64,000 nucleotides of DNA from Candidatus Omnitrophota bacterium (lineage in GTDB: Bacteria; Omnitrophota; Gorgyraeia; Duberdicusellales; 4484-171). The notes beneath the pieces were generated by a model, which was not told the DNA's origin, ran no database searches, and saw only the letters and a list, made by a program, of their open reading frames with translations. Location of the stretch: assembly GCA_041652815.1 (NCBI GenBank), contig JBAZGN010000002.1:174261-238260 (forward strand), read 5' to 3'. Every line of letters begins with the position of its first letter. Within the stretch, counting starts at the first letter, position 1. Position numbers and translations under genes: made by a program. Shown here one piece after another: positions 18,558 through 27,921 of this stretch.

Positions 18558-20237
18558 ATGATTAGCATTCTGGTAAGTATAGTTATAGTTATTTTTTTAA
18601 TCGCCTATATTTTTTACGGAAGGTTTTTAGGCAGAAGAGTTACGCTTAATAATGACTCAATTACTCCTGCCTGTAAAATTAATGACGGCATAGATTATGT
18701 TCCGGCAAAACATACGCTACTTTTGGGCCAGCATTTTTCCGCAATTGCTGCAGCCGGGCCGATAGTTGGGCCGGTATTAGCCTGCCTTTGGTTTGGCTGG
18801 TTGCCGGCGCTTATCTGGATTGTGCTGGGTGCAATTTTTATCGGAGGAGCGCATGATTTCTTTGCCCTGGTTGCTTCAGTCAGGCACGATGGAGCTTCAA
18901 TCGGCGAGATTGTTAAAAAATATATGCCTGGCCGCTCTTATAAATTTTTCCTTGTCTTTGTCTGGCTGGCTTTAGTCTATGTGATTATTGCCTTTACGGA
19001 TATTACCGCGCATACTTTTAAAACTACAATTGAAGGGGCAAATTTTGGCCCTGCGGTTGCAGCTTCTTCGGTTTTATATTTATTCCTGGCGATGGCAATG
19101 GGGGTTTTGCTTTATAAGTTTAAGGTAAAACTTTTGTATGTAACCGCGATATTTTTGCCGTTATTGCTTTTTATTATCTGGGGCGGCCCGCATCTTCCGC
19201 AAGCGATACTCAATGCTTTTAATGTTTTTTCCGTAAAACAATGGGATATGATAATTTTATTGTATTGTTTGGCGGCATCGCTTATTCCGGTATGGCTGCT
19301 TCTGCAGCCTCGAGGGTTTTTGGGTGGATGGTTTTTATATCTGGTTATTACAATCGGGCTTATCGGCGCGTTGTTCGGTGGATTTAAAATAGAATTTCCC
19401 GCGTTTAATCTTAACGGCCTTGTAAGCAGCGTAAACGGGAAAAATATTTTTCCGCTTTTATTTATTACGGTTGCCTGCGGAGCCTGCTCGGGTTTTCATG
19501 GTATTGTCAGCTCCGGAACAACCTCAAAGCAGCTTAAACATGAAAGCGACAGTGTCCCCATTGCCTACGGCGCAATGCTTTTGGAGGGGTTAGTTGCCGT
19601 ACTGGCTATTGCTACAGTTATGATGCTGCCAAAGGCGAGCACGATTTTAAAATCAGACCCGAACTTAATTTACGCCCACGGTATTGCCAGGTATTTAGGG
19701 CTTATTAAAATACCTTACGGAGCTGCGTTTGCTTTTGCTCTGCTTGCGTTTTCTACTTTTGTCTATGATACTTTGGATGTCTGCACCAGGCTTGCCCGCT
19801 ATTGCCTGCAGGAGCTTATGGGCTGGAGTTCAAAAAAAGGAATGATACTCGCGGGTATCATTAGTGTTGCAGTTCCGTTTTTTTTCCTTATGCTGGCAAA
19901 AGAAAAGGGTTACCTGGTTGCCTGGCCGATTTTTGGCACAAGTAATCAATTGCTTGCCAGTTTCATTCTGCTGGCAGTTTCAGTGTGGCTTATGCATATG
20001 GGTAAAAGAACAAGGATAGCTATACTTCCAATGATATTTATGTTTGTAGTTACTCTGTGCTCATTGGTTCAGTTGATTATTCCTTTTATAAAGTCGCTTG
20101 TTGTTGGTTGGGGTAAGTCTCTGCCTTCAAGCGATATAATGCTTTCCGGAATATGTGGGATTTTGCTTTTAAGCTTAAGCTTTATGTTTATCTGGGAAGC
20201 TAAGCAGGTTTTCTCATCGAAGAAGCCTTCCTTATAA
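18558..20237 (+). CDS. cstA: Carbon starvation protein CstA (peptide/pyruvate transporter family)
   Basis: Strong by-eye alignment to E. coli CstA: DYVPAKHTLLLGQHFSAIAAAGPIVGPVLA... Confidence 0.85.
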   Translation: MISILVSIVIVIFLIAYIFYGRFLGRRVTLNNDSITPACKINDGIDYVPAKHTLLLGQHFSAIAAAGPIVGPVLACLWFGWLPALIWIVLGAIFIGGAHDFFALVASVRHDGASIGEIVKKYMPGRSYKFFLVFVWLALVYVIIAFTDITAHTFKTTIEGANFGPAVAASSVLYLFLAMAMGVLLYKFKVKLLYVTAIFLPLLLFIIWGGPHLPQAILNAFNVFSVKQWDMIILLYCLAASLIPVWLLLQPRGFLGGWFLYLVITIGLIGALFGGFKIEFPAFNLNGLVSSVNGKNIFPLLFITVACGACSGFHGIVSSGTTSKQLKHESDSVPIAYGAMLLEGLVAVLAIATVMMLPKASTILKSDPNLIYAHGIARYLGLIKIPYGAAFAFALLAFSTFVYDTLDVCTRLARYCLQELMGWSSKKGMILAGIISVAVPFFFLMLAKEKGYLVAWPIFGTSNQLLASFILLAVSVWLMHMGKRTRIAILPMIFMFVVTLCSLVQLIIPFIKSLVVGWGKSLPSSDIMLSGICGILLLSLSFMFIWEAKQVFSSKKPSL

Positions 20238-20244
20238 AAATTTA

Positions 20245-20322
20245 CACCGCAAAAACGCAAAAATCCGCAAAGTCGCAAAAAAATCTTTTGCGTTTTTGCG
20301 TCTTCTTTGCGCCTTTGCGGTG
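20245..20322. terminator. Long imperfect palindrome of CGCAAA units between convergent cstA and wzx (likely bidirectional terminator)
   Basis: caccgcaaaaacgcaaaaatccgcaaagtcgcaaaaaaatcttttgcgtttttgcgtcttctttgcgcctttgcggtg. Confidence 0.55.
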
Positions 20323-20327
20323 TTAAT

Positions 20328-21614
20328 TTAAGAAAACTTAAGTTTTCTTACCGTAAAATAAGTAATAATAAAAATTCCTGCCTCAAGCACAATCGTTGCC
20401 GCTGCTGCTCCCATATAAGAAAAAGAATATACAAGGAGAAATATTAAAGGTAGGCCTAACATCGCCATAATTACGTGAATTCTTGAATAAATATAAGTTT
20501 TTCCGCAGACAACCAAAAACTGCACGCGGAAGGCGTTAATTGCCACAAAAAATACAGAGATTAACAAAAGCCTTAAGGCAAGTACTGATTCCGTGGGGGT
20601 TGTGCCGCAGGCAATTCTGATAATTAAATCGGCAAAGACGAAAATAATTGGCAGGCAGATTAAAGAAATAATCGTTGTTATCCGCTGTATCTGCTGCATC
20701 AGCGTAAATGCTTTTAGTTTATTTTTTTGGAATATTTTATTCAGCCGCGGAAATATTGCCTGTGAGAAAGAATCAAGAGGAAAGGTTTGGCAGGCGCTGG
20801 CGATTTTCTCAGCGATTGAATAAAAACCGGTTACGGTATTATTGGTAAGCAGGCCGAGGATAAAGACGCGCGTATTGGTATAAGCGTTTATCGCAGCAAC
20901 TGAAATAAAAATATCCCAACCGGCTTTAAGCTGCTGCCTTAAGCTTTTATACCCCTCGAATTTATAGGCTATCCGGAATCTTTTAAAAACTATATATTGG
21001 CTAATCAGCCCGGTTGTCAAAGCTACAACGGAGTTTATGAATGCAACTTTAAGGTAATCTCCCGGGACTTTTATAAATAAAAAAATAAGAATTGCCAAAG
21101 TAAACCCGCCGGCAACATTTAAAATAGTAATATATTTCATCTTTTCCGTGCCTTGGAAAAACCAGACAGGAAAAATTGTGTTTCCTGCTACCGCGCCGAA
21201 ACTTAAAATATAAACCATCCAGTCTGCTCTAAATTTTGGGATAAAATAGATAATTGCGCAAAGTATCAAAAAGCTTAAAAAAGCCAGGGCAATTTTTACC
21301 GTCATCACCGAAGAAAATGCCTTGCATACTTTAGCGTGTTCTTGCTGGCAGAGAGAAATTTCTTTTGTCGCGGTAATACTAAAGCCGTAATCCGTAAGAA
21401 TCATAAAATACTGCGTCAGCGCCTGGGCAAAAGCAATGAGGCCGAATTTTTCCGCGCCAAGGACCCTAAAAAGATAAGGTATTATAATAACCGGAAGGGC
21501 GTAGGTTATTATCTGCAATATAGAAAGCGAAGCCACGTTGTGCATTACGACTTTACGTTCGTCCGGATGCGCCATCCCATAAGTTTTTTTAATCAGCCTT
21601 ATTAAAGACTTCAT
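20328..21614 (-). CDS. Polysaccharide biosynthesis protein / Wzx-type oligosaccharide flippase
   Basis: 428 aa, 12+ TM, N-terminal pattern typical of PF01943 (Polysacc_synt). Confidence 0.7.
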   Translation of the reverse strand: MKSLIRLIKKTYGMAHPDERKVVMHNVASLSILQIITYALPVIIIPYLFRVLGAEKFGLIAFAQALTQYFMILTDYGFSITATKEISLCQQEHAKVCKAFSSVMTVKIALAFLSFLILCAIIYFIPKFRADWMVYILSFGAVAGNTIFPVWFFQGTEKMKYITILNVAGGFTLAILIFLFIKVPGDYLKVAFINSVVALTTGLISQYIVFKRFRIAYKFEGYKSLRQQLKAGWDIFISVAAINAYTNTRVFILGLLTNNTVTGFYSIAEKIASACQTFPLDSFSQAIFPRLNKIFQKNKLKAFTLMQQIQRITTIISLICLPIIFVFADLIIRIACGTTPTESVLALRLLLISVFFVAINAFRVQFLVVCGKTYIYSRIHVIMAMLGLPLIFLLVYSFSYMGAAAATIVLEAGIFIITYFTVRKLKFS

Positions 21615-21888
21615 ACTTTTAATTTATATTGTTTTAAATGGGAAGTCAAGTATGCGATTATGGAGTATTCTGAATTTTTTACTCCTACACCGACGCTATG
21701 CGTCGTCATTCGTTCAGCGGTTACGCGGCTAGTTTCGTCTATCGTTTATCGGTTAAGTTTCAAATGATGCTTAACGTTCGACGTGACCGTGACAAGCTCG
21801 CCCGCCTCTGGCGGGCAGGCAACCGCAACCGTTTAACTAATATTTCCATCTGAAATCATCTATGTTTTTACTGGAGTTTGTCCTTTGC

Positions 21889-21897
21889 GCCAGATAA
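21889..21897 (+). promoter_or_regulatory. Extended -10 (TGATATAAT) upstream of the GH1 gene
   Basis: 15 nt before the ATG with no obvious RBS. Confidence 0.35.
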
Positions 21898-21912
21898 TGA
21901 TATAATCTTATT

Positions 21913-23145
21913 ATGTTTAAATTTCCAAAAGATTTTTTATGGGGCGCGGCAACATCTTCCTATCAGGTCGAAGGTAACAATAAAAATTGCGATTGGTGGC
22001 AATGGGAAAAGAAGGCCGGAAAAACAATATCAGGGGATGCCTGCCGCCACTATGGGCTTTACGAACACGACTTTGACATCGCTAAAAGCCTCAACCACAA
22101 TGCCCACCGTTTCTCTATAGAATGGAGCCGCATTGAGCCTTACGAGGGAAAATTTTCCCATAAGGAATTACAGCATTATCTTGATGTTATCTTGGCGCTA
22201 AAGAAACGTAACATTGAGCCGGTGGTTACGCTGCATCATTTTACAAACCCAATCTGGTTTACAAAGCGAGGAGGCTGGGAGAACCAACATTCAGTTGAGC
22301 GCTACTTACGTTACTGTAACTTTGTTGTGCGTGCTCTGGCAAAGCACGTCCGGTATTGGATTACCATAAACGAACCGACAATATTTATATCGCACGCTTA
22401 TATTCTTGGAGTGTGGCCGCCTCAGAAAAAATCATTGCTTAAAGCAGCGTATGTAGAGGAGCACCTGGCTTTAGCCCATATTAAAGCCTATCACCTCATA
22501 CATAATATTTATAAAGGATTGCATCTTAACAAACCAAAAGTCAGCATTGCTCATAATGTAATGGCTTTTGTGCCCTGTAAGCATAGTTTACGCAACCGTC
22601 TTGCTGCATATTTGCGCGCTAAAGTATATAACATAGGATTCCTTGAAAGAATATCCATGGGTAATTTCTTAAAGCGTATGCCGCTTGATTTTATCGGCAT
22701 TAACTATTATTCGCGGCAGGTGGTGGCTATTAAACAGTTAGGTGCAGGCAACATGGCAATGGATACTTGTGAGAAAAAACACCATCGTATCAGCAAAAAT
22801 TCCCTTGGCTGGGATATCTATCCAAAAGGGCTGTATGACGTGCTTTTAGAACTTAAAAAATACAATTTGCCGATAATGATAACGGAAAACGGTATCTGCA
22901 CGTATGATGATGGCCAGCGCTGGAAATATATACATGACCACTTAAAATATATTCACCGTGCGATGAGGAAGGGGGTTAAGGTTATAGGTTATCTTTATTG
23001 GTCGCTTATGGATAATTTTGAGTGGGATAAGGGTTTTGCGCCACGGTTTGGGATTGTCGGCATTAATTATAAAACTTACAAAAGAACCATAAGAAAAAGC
23101 GCTAAAAAATTTGCGGAGGTTTGTAAGAACGGTATTTTGAAATAA
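21913..23145 (+). CDS. GH1 family beta-glucosidase
   Basis: N-terminal GH1 signature FLWGAATSSYQVEG. Catalytic nucleophile motif ITENG. Confidence 0.85.
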   Translation: MFKFPKDFLWGAATSSYQVEGNNKNCDWWQWEKKAGKTISGDACRHYGLYEHDFDIAKSLNHNAHRFSIEWSRIEPYEGKFSHKELQHYLDVILALKKRNIEPVVTLHHFTNPIWFTKRGGWENQHSVERYLRYCNFVVRALAKHVRYWITINEPTIFISHAYILGVWPPQKKSLLKAAYVEEHLALAHIKAYHLIHNIYKGLHLNKPKVSIAHNVMAFVPCKHSLRNRLAAYLRAKVYNIGFLERISMGNFLKRMPLDFIGINYYSRQVVAIKQLGAGNMAMDTCEKKHHRISKNSLGWDIYPKGLYDVLLELKKYNLPIMITENGICTYDDGQRWKYIHDHLKYIHRAMRKGVKVIGYLYWSLMDNFEWDKGFAPRFGIVGINYKTYKRTIRKSAKKFAEVCKNGILK

Positions 23146-23289
23146 AAATTATTTATCCGCCTACGCCCTTCTCCTTGTTATGGCTGGTAGGGCTTCGGCG
23201 TCCTCCTTCGCATAAAGCTACGAAGGACGCCCTTCGAAGCCTTGGCGAAGTAGGGCGGATGTCACTGAATAAACACATTAAGGTGTTCC

Positions 23290-23658
23290 ATGGACAAAAA
23301 GAAATTAGCAATTATCCATATCGTTAAAAAAGAATTAGGCCTGGCTGATAGTGAATACAGAAAAATTTTGCAGGATGTTGCCAGTGTAAACAGCTCAAAA
23401 GACCTGGACGAAGCTGGTTTCAAAAAACTGATGAACTACTTCGTCCGCAGTAAATATTACCAGGTTAACCCTCATGGCCTTACCATAAAACAAAAAATAT
23501 TTATTAAATATCTTGCCAATAAACTCGGCTGGGAAGAGGAGCATCTTAACAACTTTTTGCACAAGTATTATCATAAAACCAAGGTTGATGAATTAACAAA
23601 AGAAGAGGCCATAAAGGCCATTGAATCTTTAAAAGGTGTAAAACAGCATCAAAAATGA
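23290..23658 (+). CDS. Phage Mu GemA/gp16-like protein (DUF1018), orphan
   Basis: IIHIVKKELGLADSEYRKIL... and the C-terminal EEAIKAIESLKG match the DUF1018 consensus (kIHvaKkqLGlddd.YR.lL ... qAskvIeaLK). Confidence 0.55.
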   Translation: MDKKKLAIIHIVKKELGLADSEYRKILQDVASVNSSKDLDEAGFKKLMNYFVRSKYYQVNPHGLTIKQKIFIKYLANKLGWEEEHLNNFLHKYYHKTKVDELTKEEAIKAIESLKGVKQHQK

Positions 23659-23836
23659 GCGTATGTTAGTAATACATTCCGTAGATACAATACTTCATTA
23701 AACCTTTTCTTCAATTAAAAAATATAAATCTGATTTTAAATTTTTATGATATTTATTGAGGGTGGGTAATCTTTTGAGGGGAGTTAGCTAATTAACTTTT
23801 ATAGATTTGAGTTTCATAAAAAGAGAAGAGAGAGGA

Positions 23837-23875
23837 ACGAGGATAGAAGAGAAAACGGCCTTTTCTTCTATCCTC
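23837..23875 (-). terminator. Hairpin downstream of minus-strand rbp copy 1
   Basis: cgaggatagaagagaaaa-cggcc-ttttcttctatcctcg. Only a short flanking U-run. Confidence 0.35.
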
Positions 23876-23906
23876 GGTTCGTTAACTGCGATCGTTTTTT
23901 CAATAA

Positions 23907-24227
23907 TTAGTATCTTTTTTCTCTGTAACCTGAGTTTCTTCCGCCGCCGCCGAAGTTATTGCTTCGTGGCTCCATTTTGCGGGCTTTGTTTACTGTCATC
24001 TTTCTTCCGTTTAGTTCCTGCTCGTTCAAAGCATCTATTGCCTGTTGAGCTTGTTCTTCGGTTTCAAACTCCGCAAAGCCAAAACCTTTAGACCTGCCGG
24101 AGAATTTGTCAGTAATAATTCTTACTTCTTTTACGCTTATCCCTTTGCTTTCGATAAGCCCTTTTAGATCACTCTCAGTGACGCCAAATTCCAAGTTGCC
24201 TATGTACAATTTCTTCTGCTCTTCCAT
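23907..24227 (-). CDS. RRM-type glycine-rich RNA-binding protein (106 aa)
   Basis: RNP2 LYIGNL and RNP1 KGFGFAEF with a Gly-rich tail. Real start is the internal MEEQ with an AAGGAG RBS. The 216-aa ORF extension upstream is rejected. Confidence 0.8.
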   Translation of the reverse strand: MEEQKKLYIGNLEFGVTESDLKGLIESKGISVKEVRIITDKFSGRSKGFGFAEFETEEQAQQAIDALNEQELNGRKMTVNKARKMEPRSNNFGGGGRNSGYREKRY

Positions 24228-24495
24228 TTTCGTTTCTCCTTTTACTTTTGAAATCCCGGTTAACGTCCTAAAAACCTCTCTATTTTGGCAGGTTTCATAT
24301 AAAATGCCGTCTACTACACCCGCCATTTCTCTTTTTTTCAATGAACAATTGCATTTACGTGAACCATTACTATACCATAAATCCGGATTTTGACAAGTAA
24401 AAAGATTGAAATTATAGCCAGTGATCCTTTGAAGCAGAGGTTTAGGCACGGTTAATATACATAACCATAGCTCTTTCTTGAGGTTATGACTGTGA

Positions 24496-25227
24496 TTACG
24501 GTTGAGAAAGGGGGTATTCTTCCAGCGCAGAACGGGCCAAATCCTTAAGCGTAGCAAAATCAGCGGGTTTATAACCGGTTGTTTCTATGGGGGGGAGAAT
24601 CTTTAATAAGGCTTTCGTTTTCGTTGTAAATACCCAGCTTCCCTTTGGTATAGCTGTGCCGGTCCCCTTAAATAATATAGGCAATATTGGCAGGTGTTCC
24701 TTTATGGCTAATTTAAAGGCGCCGTTACGGAAATCTCCCATTTCATCGGTTTGGCTTCGTGTGCCTTCAGGGAAGAAAAGAACGGAAATCCCGGATTTTA
24801 GCCAATAAGCAGCTTCTTTATAAACTTTTTTAATACTTGAAAAGTTTCCTCTTTCCAGTTTTATATGCTTGGCAAGCGACAGCGACCACCCGACAAAGGG
24901 AAGCTTAAACAGGCTTTTTTTAGCAACCCACTTAAACTGCATTTTTGTCTGATAGGCGAGGACTATATCAGCCAGGCTCTGGTGATTTGCGATTATGATA
25001 TAGGTGCGGTTTTTATCAATATTTTCTAAGCCGCTTACCTTAACTTCCCAGTAAGGATTTAGCCTAATTACCAGGTCTGACCACCAGAAACATTGCGCAT
25101 GCACTATTGCCCGTCTTTTATCGAATGGATAAAGGACGATGGTAAGCAAGAGCATCGCCAGATATAAAATAATCGTAAGTATTGAGCCGACAATCCAGAT
25201 AATTATCGATAAAAGAATTTTTTTCAT
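24496..25227 (-). CDS. plsC: 1-acyl-sn-glycerol-3-phosphate acyltransferase (PlsC family)
   Basis: HX4D (NHQSLAD) and FPEGTRS motifs, with an N-terminal TM. Confidence 0.75.
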   Translation of the reverse strand: MKKILLSIIIWIVGSILTIILYLAMLLLTIVLYPFDKRRAIVHAQCFWWSDLVIRLNPYWEVKVSGLENIDKNRTYIIIANHQSLADIVLAYQTKMQFKWVAKKSLFKLPFVGWSLSLAKHIKLERGNFSSIKKVYKEAAYWLKSGISVLFFPEGTRSQTDEMGDFRNGAFKLAIKEHLPILPILFKGTGTAIPKGSWVFTTKTKALLKILPPIETTGYKPADFATLKDLARSALEEYPLSQP

Positions 25228-25322
25228 CGATGAGCATAATAAAATATAACCGGCTTATTGTCAAGAGGAGTCTACAGAACCAAAGAATAATCCCATCACG
25301 TAAGTATGGCTCAAAACCGTAG

Positions 25323-26123
25323 TTGCATTTTTTATTTACGGCAGTAAAATACCTCTTACGATTAAAGCTTATGTTTAAATTAAAATCCATAAAAACGCAA
25401 TTAATCCTGTATCTACTTTGTTTCGCTGTCTTTCTCTCAATTAAAGATAGGGATATAGCTTTCTTGGCCACTACGCTTATTGCCGTTATTGCAAGCTCCG
25501 CCCTGGAAACAATTATTCTGTTTTTTAAAACAAAAACTTTTAAAATAACCGAAAGTTCAGTTATTACAGGCTTAATCGTAGGCTACGCGCTTTCTGCTGA
25601 TAATGTATGGTGGAATTTTGTATTGGCATCTGCGCTAGGCATACTTTCCAAGTCTTTAATTCGTTTTCGCAAAAAACACATTTTTAATCCGGCAGGTTTC
25701 GGTATCTTCTTGGCTCTTATTTTATTCGGCGCATCCACCCAGTGGAAAGGTACTTATCTCTGGTATATAGTTGTGCCTTTTGGGTTTTATTTTGCCGCTA
25801 AGATTAGAAAGATAGAAATAATTACAGGCTACGCAATGGTTTCATTTGTATTGTTTGGGGCTCAGGCGATTTTGCAAAATGTTCCTTTTTGGAATATTTT
25901 CGGTTATTTCAGTTATTTCTATATTTTTATAATGGTAATTGAGCCGCTTACCACACCCACAAGGCCAATAGGTAAATTTTTATTTGGCGCGCTTTTAGCT
26001 TTACTTATTTTTATTTTAACCGAAATCGGAGTGAAATTCGATGCCGAACTTTTTAGCTTGCTGGCTTTAAACATGGCAGTTCCTGTATTAAATAAAATTT
26101 CACATAAAGGAGGAAGAACATGA
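25323..26123 (+). CDS. Stand-alone RnfD/NqrB-like integral membrane protein (truncated relative to canonical RnfD)
   Basis: ITGLIVGYALSADNVWWNFVLASALGILSKSL...HIFNPAGFG aligns to the conserved RnfD/NqrB core (LTGLLLALSLPP..PWW...GKQLYGG..NPFNPAM). Start uncertain: 25323 or 25371. Confidence 0.5.
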   Translation: MHFLFTAVKYLLRLKLMFKLKSIKTQLILYLLCFAVFLSIKDRDIAFLATTLIAVIASSALETIILFFKTKTFKITESSVITGLIVGYALSADNVWWNFVLASALGILSKSLIRFRKKHIFNPAGFGIFLALILFGASTQWKGTYLWYIVVPFGFYFAAKIRKIEIITGYAMVSFVLFGAQAILQNVPFWNIFGYFSYFYIFIMVIEPLTTPTRPIGKFLFGALLALLIFILTEIGVKFDAELFSLLALNMAVPVLNKISHKGGRT

Positions 26124-26473
26124 AAAAGAAAGCTGTATTTATGATTGTTGTTATGTCTTTTGTATCCGGCATAGCTTATGCGCATCCGCCTTCAGATATC
26201 AAAATAAATTTTGACCCTGATACAAAAATGTTGAATGCCGTTATCTCTCATAATACGAGCAATCCTGTAAACCATTATATAAAAAAAGTGGATATTGGTT
26301 TAAACGGAAAAGAAATAATTGGCCATCTCATCAGCCGCGAGGACAATAATGAAACTCAGACTGTTAGTTATCTTATCCCCGATGCAAAAGCCGGCGATAT
26401 TTTGTCTGTTGAGGGTTATTGCAGTATCAGCGGAAAATTAAAAAAGGAAATCACGGTTAGGCCGGTAAAGTGA
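26120..26473 (+). CDS. Secreted desulfoferrodoxin/neelaredoxin-fold protein (SOR-like Fe site, one His ligand replaced)
   Basis: Signal peptide. HPPSDI, ISHNTSNPVNHYIKKVDI and YCSISG align with SOR blocks EKHVPVIE, HPNTTEHHIRYIEL and YCNIHG. The last His is Ser here. Confidence 0.45.
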   Translation: MKKKAVFMIVVMSFVSGIAYAHPPSDIKINFDPDTKMLNAVISHNTSNPVNHYIKKVDIGLNGKEIIGHLISREDNNETQTVSYLIPDAKAGDILSVEGYCSISGKLKKEITVRPVK

Positions 26474-26516
26474 TTTAAGGACAATAAAAACTGATTCATT
26501 TATTGGAGGAAAAAAG

Positions 26517-27461
26517 ATGATAAAAATAACAACAAGGAAGATTTTGTTTTTAACCGTATCCGTGTGCATTATTTTAATTTTAGGATTTTGTGCGGCGATT
26601 ATCATAAGAAAACATTCCACTCGTAAAACAATCGGCCGGCTTAATGCGGGTTATAAAGTGCTAAATACCATAAATACCTATTTTGTTCCTGGGAAAAATG
26701 TAACACTTTCCGGCAAGCCGGTTGAGGAACGTGGCCTTTATAAAGTAGACCTTGTTCTGGATAATGTTACACAGTCTTTCTATCTTACAAAAGACGGGGC
26801 CTTACTGATTTTTCCAAATGCCGTAATAGATATTGCGAAGCTTAAGAATATGCCTAAGCAGGTACCAGAAGTGGAAAGAGAAGAAATACCTAAGGCGGAT
26901 AAGCCGGTAATTGAACTATTTGTGATGAGCCTGTGCCCCTACGGAAGCCGCGCAGAAAAAGTTATTCTGCCGGTTATTAAACCTTTCGGTGACAAAATAG
27001 ATTTCAAAATAAAATTTATAGTCAATGTTAACGGTAACAGTATAAATGATGTTGCTTCGTTGCACGGCCTTGACGAGGTAAAAGAAGATGCCAGGCAGGC
27101 TGCTATAATGAAATTTTATCCCGATAAATTTGCTGCGTACATAGATAAAATAAATGAAAAGTCCTGCGTTATTTCATGCGGAGCAGTAAAGCTTGAGGAT
27201 TATTGGAAAGAGGCAGCGGGTAAATTGCAAATGGATGCAAAAAAGATTGAGAAATTTGCTTATGGCCAGGAAGGTTTGAGTTTATTGAAAGAAAATGAAG
27301 TAGATAGCCAAAAATATAATGCATCCGCAAGCCCCACTTTGATTATAAATGGCGTAAAAAGCGATGCAATTTATAAGGATGCAACAACTATCGAAGGAGC
27401 AATTTGTTCCGCATTTACTGAGGCTCCGAGTGTGTGCCTAGACAAAGAAAGCGGCTCATAG
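26517..27461 (+). CDS. Membrane-anchored DsbA-like thioredoxin-fold protein with CPYG in place of CxxC
   Basis: N-terminal TM. LCPYGSRAEKV at the DsbA active-site position. C-terminal SPTLIINGV is typical of DsbA. Confidence 0.5.
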   Translation: MIKITTRKILFLTVSVCIILILGFCAAIIIRKHSTRKTIGRLNAGYKVLNTINTYFVPGKNVTLSGKPVEERGLYKVDLVLDNVTQSFYLTKDGALLIFPNAVIDIAKLKNMPKQVPEVEREEIPKADKPVIELFVMSLCPYGSRAEKVILPVIKPFGDKIDFKIKFIVNVNGNSINDVASLHGLDEVKEDARQAAIMKFYPDKFAAYIDKINEKSCVISCGAVKLEDYWKEAAGKLQMDAKKIEKFAYGQEGLSLLKENEVDSQKYNASASPTLIINGVKSDAIYKDATTIEGAICSAFTEAPSVCLDKESGS

Positions 27462-27705
27462 AAAGTCTCATTTGCCTACCTCGCCTTATTGAAAAAGTAG
27501 TTGCTTTATTCCATTTTTTTATTATAATATGCTTTCGTAAAAAGTTTACCTGCCTGCCGACAGCCCAACAGGCTAAAAGCCTGGTAGACAGGCGGGGATT
27601 TTTAGGCTGCTAACTGGAGCCCCTCTTGGGGCGACGTCCCGAACCGCCGTTCACCACGGGCGTAGCCTGTGGTTATTTAGCAACAGGATAGCAACCCCCG
27701 GTAGA

Positions 27706-27790
27706 GATGACCCAAAGGGTCATCCTGAAGCCCGAAGGGCTGAAGGATCATAAGATCCTTCGTCGCTTCGTTCCTCAGGATGAGATGGTT
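27706..27790. repeat. Family H palindromic module (GAAGCCCGAAGGGCTGAAGGATC...GATCCTTCGTCGCTTCGTTCCTCAGGATGA), copy 1
   Basis: Shared almost verbatim with 62003-62115. Confidence 0.75.
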
Positions 27791-27852
27791 GTTTTTCAAC
27801 CACCTCACTTAATTCCAGTAAAAAACCAGCTCTAACGGGAAAAATATTGGTT

Positions 27853-27914
27853 ACAGATGAAAATATCTGTGATCATCTGTGTCTGCCATCTGTGATTATC
27901 TGTGTGTAAAGGAG
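27853..27914. repeat. Family F element immediately upstream of fusA, ending ...ATCTGTGTGTAAAGGAG
   Basis: acagatgaaaatatctgtgatcatctgtgtctgccatctgtgattatctgtgtgtaaaggag. Confidence 0.7.
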
Positions 27915-27921
27915 TATAAAA

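Noticed and set aside
23907-24557. 216-aa minus-strand ORF upstream of the RRM protein
   Set aside because: Only the C-terminal 106 aa form an RRM protein, and that segment has its own AAGGAG RBS and a near-identical leader shared with the paralogue. The upstream 110 aa are low-complexity and non-protein-like. Treated as an untranslated leader.
27530-27850. RNase P RNA, tmRNA or SRP RNA upstream of fusA
   Set aside because: None of the universally conserved motifs (GGAAAGTCCGG, tmRNA tRNA-like ends, SRP AGCAG helix 8) are present. Kept only as an unassigned structured region.
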